A DNA stretch of 64,000 nt, from assembly GCA_035546575.1 (NCBI GenBank), contig DASZWN010000001.1, positions 49,082 through 113,081 on the forward strand, given 5' to 3'. The DNA comes from Minisyncoccota bacterium (GTDB taxonomy: Bacteria > Patescibacteriota > Minisyncoccia > Phycocordibacterales > SBAW01). The position numbers were made by a program, and so were the translations under genes. Numbering within the stretch: position 1 is the first letter of the stretch; each line of letters begins with the position of its first letter. A model generated the notes under the pieces. That model was not told where the DNA came from, searched no databases, and saw nothing but the letters and a program-made list of their open reading frames with translations. This document shows positions 9,001 to 15,063 of this stretch, piece after piece.

Positions 9001-9901
9001 AAACGGTGAGAGGTGCGCTGTAATTAATTACAATAAGCCCGGGAGCGCCGGCTCCTCCGCGGCGGAGGGTGCCGGACGATGGAGCAAAAGCTCCGCCGCC
9101 GCCCGCGCCGTATGTGCCTCCCGCTCCTGCGTCTGCTGCGTATCCAGAACCGCCGCCTCCGCCGCCGGACCCGTACGCGGGTGAGGAAGAAAATTCAGTT
9201 CCTGCGTTTCCTGGGAAGGCGGCCCTGATGCCGCTTGTGATCCCGCCGGTGCCGCCTGCAGTGCCATCCCCTTGCCCGCCATTGGTGCTATTACCTGCCA
9301 CACCGGCGGCGCTTGGGCCGCCGGCACCGCCCCCTCCGCCGCCGGAAATAACCATGCCTGCCCCGCCTGCGCCACCGCTATTTTTTATTGAGCCGGTGCC
9401 TGACGCGACTCCTCCTGTAGCCGATCCTCCTGCTCCCGCGGCGCCCCCCCCGCCGCCTGTACCTGCGCCCCCCGCCCCTCCGCCTTTCGCACAGACGGAG
9501 GCAGCCGCGCAGGCGGCGCCGTTAAACCACGCATCTCCTCCTGCGGTTGCCCCGGAAGTTCCGCCGCCCGTGCCTCCGGCGGGAAGAAAATATGTCGCCG
9601 TCGATCCGCTGAGCGTTATGTTTACCGATTTTGAATATCCACCGCCGCCACCACCACCGCCCCTTCCCGTCGTGTTGCTGGCGACTCCGCCGCCGCCTCC
9701 TCCAGCCGCAATAACCTGCACCGTGTTGCTCGCATTGTTCCAGTCAGAAGGCACGGGCCAGGTTTGGTTTGACGCGCTTGTCGTAGTGAGATAGATCGGC
9801 CCCACTGGAAACGTAGGGGCGGCCATGACAAAGGGTGCGGGGCCTGCAAAAAATACCAAAAGCGCGAAATAGAAAAGAAACTTTTTAACGTAACTGTTCA
9901 T
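6065..9901 (-). CDS. Giant glycine-rich secreted surface protein (1278 aa) with an internal duplication, Calx-beta-like and Cys-rich Ig-like modules
   Basis: There is a signal peptide (MNSYVKKFLFYFALLVFFAGPAPFVMA) followed by two homologous modules. Module 1 begins near aa 48 (WPVPSDWNNASNTVQVIAAGGGGGG...GGGGGGGGYSKSVNITLSGSTATY) and module 2 near aa 760 (WTVPSDWNSANNSIEVIGGGG...GGGGGGGAYSKKTNVSLTHGASVAY). A VVGTDYSAAPATVTIPANTMSVVVPITAL segment is Calx-beta-like. The C-terminal region is Cys-rich. Confidence 0.8.
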   Translation of the reverse strand: MNSYVKKFLFYFALLVFFAGPAPFVMAAPTFPVGPIYLTTTSASNQTWPVPSDWNNASNTVQVIAAGGGGGGVASNTTGRGGGGGGGGYSKSVNITLSGSTATYFLPAGGTGGGTSGATAGGDAWFNGAACAAASVCAKGGGAGGAGTGGGGGAAGAGGSATGGVASGTGSIKNSGGAGGAGMVISGGGGGGAGGPSAAGVAGNSTNGGQGDGTAGGTGGITSGIRAAFPGNAGTEFSSSPAYGSGGGGGGSGYAADAGAGGTYGAGGGGAFAPSSGTLRRGGAGAPGLIVINYSAPLTVSITAPTNSGNSCIGTPGAFTVTRNGPATWPAVSVDLVYGGSGSTAVVGTDYSAAPATVTIPANTMSVVVPITALQKTSGGSTTLKATIAASSAYSVGTPASATITINNGTPAIETVSPYAIAPFAAYPLPYNGYIYHQDGGWGYTNQFATPTSILNAWITNSPSPQLCGTNGGTAGISLPSDTAQGVCMGPNFSTTVAGTRVAVLQAVAQTAGIAPVNVGLDLTNVKKTNPCNTSTTHWAYATAPTQNTPAATLKVPKYTPVQFSYQCLPNQNYVWFGAACQGAYIISCLSWTLVTDGDLNVQTADRAWYKGTETANLIDSSTQTFSNSQSVTLQCGGYQPQEGIPANGGSPPAASSGTAPTGGSYTIYGMQNPSYRQPQIQVDVQTCSDPTAIVQGGVCVPCNTVTSGSYRSGNTCVLYPPPTATIQANNAGFQAADSSGNKNGKLVSVGVGQQVTVAATYAGSTNQTQKTVFITAAGSGVWTVPSDWNSANNSIEVIGGGGTSAFTGGRGGGGGGGAYSKKTNVSLTHGASVAYRVGQGAAQGNPASPGGDTFFNRTAGSSNTCVDTVSVCAKGGNSGNGNNGGAGGAVSGGVGTVKYAGGAGAYGDNNNSGNGGGAGGPNGNGQAGDSGGAGDAGLGGAGSGCGNPPAAGGNGAEWIATNVWNGSAYTGATPTAGSGGGGGCRSSIAAPGGNGGLYGGGGGSGGGSQSNEGVGAQGIIVIKYTSTGDPLEATAINCDSGCDSQDGNTVNCNLVAPPNPPAASDPNCWQKPDATKTYTFTPASADAGKAFVFSAQAKTFNYINYNGYATVQVKVCAVGQASDGNGGCVPDMCTNLPGFQTTVPSGCTGNPDNTCSVPSGYAFNGSACVPSTPSVPTLSANSFTATRVRLGGSSTLSWNIPGMANGISCSISPTPASGTAGGDITSLWNGSSNPFTGTATTQPITQPTKYTLTCTNNQDPPSTRSITVQLIPNYQEI

Positions 9902-9939
9902 GAGAAAATAGCTACTCCCCTATTGTACACTCCTTTTGT

Positions 9940-10500
9940 GTGCCCCCGCCTATTGTTTCCACACGGAGACAGTATACTTGTGCGGTGATCCTTACTCTTG
10001 CAGCACTCTCGGGTTTTCTGCTGATGCTGGCATTGCCGCCTTTTTCCGCTCCCCTTTTCTCCCTTATGGCGTTCGCGCCGATGGTCTTTGTCGCCGCGCG
10101 AAGGGCCCCCATCCCCGCAAAACACCTCTTCGTCGCGGGTTTTATTGCCGGCGCCCTGCCCGGCGGATCGCTCTCGTACTATATGTTAAGCGACTTCCCC
10201 TGGCCGGGGGACGCGCCGCTCGTGCTGGCATTCATCCACTGGAGCCCGGTGCTGTAGACGCTCCTTTTTTGGAGGAGTGGGCGGCACCACGCTCGTTTTG
10301 TACAATAAATTTCGTTTCAATTCTCCGGCCCTGAATGCGGCGCTCTTTGCGGGGATGTACCTGGTGTGCGAGCAGCTCGTACAACTGCTGTCGGGTCACT
10401 ATTGCCGTCGCAAAAGTCTGTCTGGGCACCGCCTCGCGGCCCTGCAAGTGCAGGGCATCGCTCCGGCGTTCGATTCCTGTCGTGCGTCACTCAGGTGACA
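9940..10500 (+). pseudogene. Possible decayed remnant of apolipoprotein N-acyltransferase (lnt-like N-terminus, frameshifted and truncated)
   Basis: ORF 9940..10257 reads AALSGFLLMLALPPFSAPLFSLMAFAPMVFVAARRAPIPAKHLFVAGFIAGAL, which resembles the first Lnt transmembrane segments. Similarity continues in a shifted frame (…ALFAGMYLV…). Only about 190 codon-equivalents remain before tRNA-Arg(CCG). Confidence 0.3.
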
Positions 10501-10530
10501 CACTCCAAGAGACAAAAACTTCGTTTTTTG

Positions 10531-10602
10531 TCCTCTTGGCAGGAATCGAACCTGCATCGCCTCCTTCGGAGGGAGGCATCCTATCCATTGAACGACAAGA
10601 GG
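10531..10602 (-). tRNA. tRNA-Arg (anticodon CCG)
   Basis: The reverse complement is CCTCTTGTCGTTCAATGGATAGGATGCCTCCCTCCGAAGGAGGCGATGCAGGTTCGATTCCTGCCAAGAGGA. The anticodon stem is CCTCC/GGAGG with loop CTCCGAA, and the first acceptor pair is C1-G72. Confidence 0.75.
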
Positions 10603-10615
10603 AGGCTAAGAGAGC

Positions 10616-10858
10616 TTAGGCCTTGAGTGCCCGCGCAACTTTTGCTTTGCGGCGAGCAGCAGTGTTTTTCTTGAGGAGGCCGTTTTTTGCAGCCTTGTCG
10701 ATTGCCTTGTAGGCAGCAGCGAGCGCTTTTGCATCGCCCTTCCCTGCCGAGCGTACAGCCTTAAGCGCGCCGCGGAGTGCGGTGCGTCGCGTGTCGTTGA
10801 ATGCCTTGCGGCGGCGTGACTGGCGGTGCGCCTTTTTTGCCGACTTCGTAATTGCCAT
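10616..10858 (-). CDS. rpsT: 30S ribosomal protein S20
   Basis: MAITKSAKKAHRQSRRRKAFNDTRRTALRGALKAV... is the classic S20 sequence. The start is taken at the internal Met. Confidence 0.85.
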   Translation of the reverse strand: MAITKSAKKAHRQSRRRKAFNDTRRTALRGALKAVRSAGKGDAKALAAAYKAIDKAAKNGLLKKNTAARRKAKVARALKA

Positions 10859-10880
10859 GTGCGAGAGATAATAACCCGTA

Positions 10881-10916
10881 ATTTGCATATATGCAAATCT
10901 GTCTCGGCGCCGAGAC
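10881..10916. promoter_or_regulatory. Two adjacent perfect palindromes in the rpsT/ruvA divergent promoter region (candidate operators)
   Basis: ATTTGCATATATGCAAAT (10881..10898, 18 bp, perfect) and GTCTCGGCGCCGAGAC (10901..10916, 16 bp, perfect) lie 40-75 bp upstream of ruvA. Confidence 0.4.
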
Positions 10917-10955
10917 GGGTGGCGCCTTTTTCGCTACCCATCTATAGTTAGAGTA

Positions 10956-11546
10956 ATGATCGGCAAGCTTAGGGGCACATTCGCAGGCACGACGCACGAT
11001 GGCATGTGCATCATCGAGGTTGGCGGAGTGGGCTACGCGGTGCGGGTGCCCATTGCCTTCCTTGCAAACATGCGTGGGCAGAGTGGCGAGGTTTCTCTAT
11101 ATATACATACTGCCGTCAAAGAAGACGCAATTGACCTGTACGGCTTTTCCGATGGTGATGACCTTATATTCTTTAGACAACTCACCAGCGTCACCGGCAT
11201 TGGCCCTAAATCGGCGCTTAACGTGCTCAACCTTGCAGATGCAAAAACACTGAAGCGCTCTATTGCGAGCGGCGATACCTCCATGCTTACTAAAGTCTTT
11301 GGTATCGGCAAAAAGAGCGCCGAGCGCATCGTGGTTGAGCTGCGCGACAAGCTGCTGGAGGAGAGCACCTCGCGCGGCGAAACGGTTGGCGGTGGAGAGG
11401 ACGGCGAGGTTATCGAGGCGTTGATGGCGCTCGGTTACAGCGCTGGGGAGAGCCGAAAAGCAGTAAAAGAAATTCCTCCAGCCACTAAAAGCCTGCAGGA
11501 GCGGCTATCTGCAGCACTCAAATATTTGGGTTCAAACAACAAATAA
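10956..11546 (+). CDS. ruvA: Holliday junction DNA helicase RuvA
   Basis: 196 aa. It reads MIGKLRGT...GVGYAVRVP..., then the HhH segment LTSVTGIGPKSALNVL, and a C-terminal RuvB-binding domain. Confidence 0.9.
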   Translation: MIGKLRGTFAGTTHDGMCIIEVGGVGYAVRVPIAFLANMRGQSGEVSLYIHTAVKEDAIDLYGFSDGDDLIFFRQLTSVTGIGPKSALNVLNLADAKTLKRSIASGDTSMLTKVFGIGKKSAERIVVELRDKLLEESTSRGETVGGGEDGEVIEALMALGYSAGESRKAVKEIPPATKSLQERLSAALKYLGSNNK

Positions 11547-11551
11547 ACAAG

Positions 11552-12799
11552 ATGAAAAAACTTCTGCGCAAATTACTCCCTGCTCCCCTGCTAGACGCGT
11601 ACCACCATACGTTGGCCGTAGGGGGCAGCCTGGTCTACCGTTTCCCCAGCAAAAAATTATTCGTGATCGCGGTAACCGGTACCAAAGGCAAGTCGAGCAC
11701 GGTTGAGCTTATCCGCAGCATACTTGTGGAGGCCGGGTACAATACTGCAGCTGCAAGCACGATTAGATTTTCAATAGGCAAAGAATCCGAGCCAAACCTG
11801 TTTAAAATGACCATGCCGGGGCGCTTTTTTCTGCAGCATTTTTTGCGCCGCGCCGTCGATGCCGGAGCCTCGCACGCGGTTATCGAGATGACGTCGGAGG
11901 GGGCGCGGCAATTTAGACATAAAGGTATCGAGTTGAACGCGCTCGTGTTTACTAACCTGCAGCCCGAGCACATTGAGAGCCATGGCAGTTTTGAAAAGTA
12001 TGCGGAGGCAAAACTCTCGCTTGCAAAACATCTCGAGGACTCGCCTAAGCGCCCTCGCTACATTGTTGCTAATGCCGACGATGCCTACGGAAAAAAGTTT
12101 CTTGATATCAATGTTGAGGTCAAAAAAACCTTTTCGCTTAAGGACGCCGAGCCCTATAGTGTCGACGATGCATCAGTGCGATTTGTATGGAAGCGCGAGT
12201 TATTAGGAGCTCCGCTGCCCGGTCTCTTTAATCTGCGCAATATCCTGGCGGCAGTAACACTTGCCGATGCGATGGAGGTTCCTATGCCGGTTATAAAGCG
12301 GGCACTTGCACATCATGCTCCTATTTCCGGCCGCGCGGAGCGAGTGGTAGCCGGACAGCCGTATGTAGTAGTAGTTGATTACGCACACACCCCGGACTCC
12401 CTCAAGGCATTGTACGAAACATACAGAGATCGACGCATTATTGCGGTACTCGGCTCAACCGGAGGCGGTAGAGACGCGTGGAAGCGAATCGAGATGGGCC
12501 GTATTGCCGACGAGTATGCGCATGTTGCAATCCTGACCAACGAAGACCCCTACGACGAGGACCCGCAGAACATAGTCGACGAGCTTGCAAAAGGATTCAC
12601 AAAAAAACGCCCCTTTGTTATTCTCGATCGTCGCAAAGCTATTCGTGAGGCGCTTCGCGAGGCCAAACCGACCGATGCGGTGCTTATCACAGGCAAAGGC
12701 ACCGACCCATACATCATGGGCCCACATGGCACTAAAGAGGTGTGGAGCGATAAAAAAGTTGCCGAAGAAGAACTCTCAAAGCTCGGCTACAAGGAGTGA
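11552..12799 (+). CDS. Mur ligase family protein (MurT/MurE-like)
   Basis: 415 aa with a Mur ligase P-loop VIAVTGTKGKSST, a middle domain, and a DYAHTPDS motif. The length fits MurT-like ligases better than MurE. I see no gatD partner nearby. Confidence 0.55.
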   Translation: MKKLLRKLLPAPLLDAYHHTLAVGGSLVYRFPSKKLFVIAVTGTKGKSSTVELIRSILVEAGYNTAAASTIRFSIGKESEPNLFKMTMPGRFFLQHFLRRAVDAGASHAVIEMTSEGARQFRHKGIELNALVFTNLQPEHIESHGSFEKYAEAKLSLAKHLEDSPKRPRYIVANADDAYGKKFLDINVEVKKTFSLKDAEPYSVDDASVRFVWKRELLGAPLPGLFNLRNILAAVTLADAMEVPMPVIKRALAHHAPISGRAERVVAGQPYVVVVDYAHTPDSLKALYETYRDRRIIAVLGSTGGGRDAWKRIEMGRIADEYAHVAILTNEDPYDEDPQNIVDELAKGFTKKRPFVILDRRKAIREALREAKPTDAVLITGKGTDPYIMGPHGTKEVWSDKKVAEEELSKLGYKE

Positions 12800-13037
12800 T
12801 AGAATGGAGATATGGCAGATGACGAATCAAAAGGCAGCCCGACAAAACTCTTATTCGAAATCTTAGGCGTGGTAGGAATTCTTGTCTTTCTTTGGTTTGC
12901 GACCGGCGCATATAAACATGCAGACTTGCGCGGCGTATTCCTTTCACCCCCGGCGCCGCTTGGCCCTGGCGGCTCATATGGGCCACAGGTAGGACAGCCG
13001 AACCCCAATTACACAAACACTAATCAAAACTAATACT

Positions 13038-13436
13038 ATGCTTACCACATTCCCCGCTCTGCTTACCTACAGTTTCTTTGCTCCAACAATCTTGCGCTTT
13101 GCCGCGGCATTAGTGCTCGCTTATTTGGCGTACTACCACTACACACACAAGGAGGCGGTCGCTCGTACGCGCTTCCCTATCATGGGCGAGGGTATGTGGA
13201 TCGCTTGGCTTGCAATACTCGTTGAGGGGATCGTGGCACTGGGATTGTTACTGGGATATCACACGCAGATCAGCGCTATCATCGGCGCACTCATAGCTCT
13301 CAAGATTGCATTCTGGAGTGGCACATATCCAACCTTCTTTGTATTCTCGCGCAGCACTGGTTTTCTCCTTTTGGTTATTTGTCTTTCGCTTCTTATAAGC
13401 GGAGGCGGCGCACTTGCGTTTGATCTACCACTTTAG
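13038..13436 (+). CDS. Small polytopic membrane protein (DoxX-like)
   Basis: 132 aa with 4 predicted transmembrane helices. Confidence 0.4.
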   Translation: MLTTFPALLTYSFFAPTILRFAAALVLAYLAYYHYTHKEAVARTRFPIMGEGMWIAWLAILVEGIVALGLLLGYHTQISAIIGALIALKIAFWSGTYPTFFVFSRSTGFLLLVICLSLLISGGGALAFDLPL

Positions 13437-13448
13437 TAGTACAGGAGT

Positions 13449-13916
13449 ATGAGCGCGCTCATACTCCACAATATTCGGAGTGTTCATAATGTTGGAAGCA
13501 TATTCCGCACCGCAGATGCCGCGGGTGTATCTAAGATTATTCTCTCGGGCTACACACCTACACCGCTGGATCGCTTTAACTTGCCCCGCAAAGACTTTAG
13601 CAAAGTGTCGCTCGGCGCCGAGAAGACTATCCCGTGGTCGCAAACAAAAACACTCGCCGCAGCTATTAAGCAGCTCAAAAAAGAAAATTATTTTATTGCC
13701 GCAGTAGAACAGGCAAAAAACTCCACTCCCCTATTCGATTTCAAAAAGCCAAAAGATAAACCCGTTGCTCTAGTACTAGGCAACGAGGTGCGCGGTATCT
13801 CAAAACAAGGTCTCAACATGTGCGATGCAATCCTAGAAATCCCAATGCACGGCAAAAAAGAATCCCTTAATGTTGCTGTCACTGCCGGGGTAGCGATGTT
13901 TACGCTGCTGCGCTAA
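13449..13916 (+). CDS. SpoU/TrmH-family RNA 2'-O-methyltransferase (TrmL-like)
   Basis: 155 aa with SPOUT motifs: HNVGSIFRTADAAGV and LVLGNEVRGIS...LEIPMHG...SLNVAV. Confidence 0.8.
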   Translation: MSALILHNIRSVHNVGSIFRTADAAGVSKIILSGYTPTPLDRFNLPRKDFSKVSLGAEKTIPWSQTKTLAAAIKQLKKENYFIAAVEQAKNSTPLFDFKKPKDKPVALVLGNEVRGISKQGLNMCDAILEIPMHGKKESLNVAVTAGVAMFTLLR

Positions 13917-14325
13917 GGCGCTTAACTAGATCGGCCACTTTTACTTGTATAACGTCCATTATCTTTTCGTGGAACTCTAGGTCGGTGTCGGCCGCGTCGG
14001 GCACATTCCACACTTCCAACTTCTGGTCAGCTGCTAATAGGTAGTCAGGCAATTCCTCGCGTGTGTGGAGCGCAATTACTTTGTCGGCCCATAGGACCAT
14101 CTCGGGGGTGATCTGGTGCATCTGCTTTTGCGTCATATCAATGCCAACCTCCCCCATCGCGCGCACCACGGTTTTAGTGCGCAAGGTTATAGGCTTGCCC
14201 TCAAACTCGGGCGGCACATGCGTGCCAGCGCCGCGAGTCTCAATTTGTGGAGCGAGTACATTACAAAAAGCCTCGGCCATCTGGCTGCGCCCCACATTCG
14301 CCCGGCAGATAAAAAGCACATTCAT
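13900..14325 (-). CDS. Low-molecular-weight protein-tyrosine phosphatase / ArsC-family
   Basis: The N-terminus reads MNVLFICRANVGRSQMAEA, which is the C(X)5R P-loop of LMW-PTP. Confidence 0.8.
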   Translation of the reverse strand: MNVLFICRANVGRSQMAEAFCNVLAPQIETRGAGTHVPPEFEGKPITLRTKTVVRAMGEVGIDMTQKQMHQITPEMVLWADKVIALHTREELPDYLLAADQKLEVWNVPDAADTDLEFHEKIMDVIQVKVADLVKRLSAAA

Positions 14326-14428
14326 GTGTACTTAGTATTGCAATATTAGGACGGGCTTACAAATAAAAGCTTTAAATAGTAGGACTATTTTGCTATAGTG
14401 CTGTCAAACGCCCCTTGGGGTGTGATAT

Positions 14429-14501
14429 GCGCCCATAGCTCAGTCGGTAGAGCGGCTCCCTTTTAAGGAGAAGGTCGATGGTTCGAATCCATCTGGGCGC
14501 A
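14429..14501 (+). tRNA. tRNA-Lys (anticodon TTT)
   Basis: GCGCCCATAGCTCAGTCGGTAGAGCGGCTCCCTTTTAAGGAGAAGGTCGATGGTTCGAATCCATCTGGGCGCA has anticodon loop CTTTTAA. Confidence 0.85.
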
Positions 14502-15059
14502 CTAGAGTTTTAGCGCAAAACGCTCAAGCAATAATTCAAGGTCTCCGGCTCCGCGGTGGCTGTCGTGATACATAAAGACAATTTGGCGACTGAGGTTAGT
14601 GTCCTTCATCTGTCGCGCCTTCCAAGCGAGGAGTCCTGCAAGCGCCTCCGGCTTTTCACCGGCGCGCAGCGCTTGTGTGAGACCGAGCCACAGCTTTTTT
14701 TTGTCTCGTGCGCCGAGCGCAAAGGTTACACCAAACGGGTCGAACCCCCATTCTTTTTTAGCAGTCTCAACTTTCTCAATCTTGCCGCCGGCTTTTGTAA
14801 CAATCTCTGTCTCGCGTTTGAGCAATTTTTCTTCTTCAAAGACAAACGTATGCTCCGACTCTGCGAGCGTCTCTGCCATATCTAGAAACTCGTCTGCTCT
14901 ATCGCCTGCTAATGCGCCCACAAACACAAACGTGCGCACCCCGCCAAACAGCGCCGGGGTTGAGGCAAGCGTGAGCATCTCCTCGACAGAGATACTCTCC
15001 CAGGCAAGATCCTCCGCACCCTTTTTCTTTTTTGCCTTTCCTACAGTAACAACAAGCAT
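14502..15059 (-). CDS. Hypothetical protein, possibly DNA polymerase III delta-like (HolA C-terminal-like)
   Basis: 185 aa. The weak resemblance is alpha-helical and alanine-rich. Its position beside polA is suggestive. Low confidence. Confidence 0.3.
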   Translation of the reverse strand: MLVVTVGKAKKKKGAEDLAWESISVEEMLTLASTPALFGGVRTFVFVGALAGDRADEFLDMAETLAESEHTFVFEEEKLLKRETEIVTKAGGKIEKVETAKKEWGFDPFGVTFALGARDKKKLWLGLTQALRAGEKPEALAGLLAWKARQMKDTNLSRQIVFMYHDSHRGAGDLELLLERFALKL

Positions 15060-15063
15060 AGGT

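Noticed and set aside
6789-9794. Plus-strand Pro-rich ORFs (6789..7124, 9069..9794 and others) inside the giant gene region
   Set aside because: They are antisense mirror images of GGN (Gly) codons read as NCC (Pro) and lie wholly within the well-supported 1278-aa minus-strand gene.
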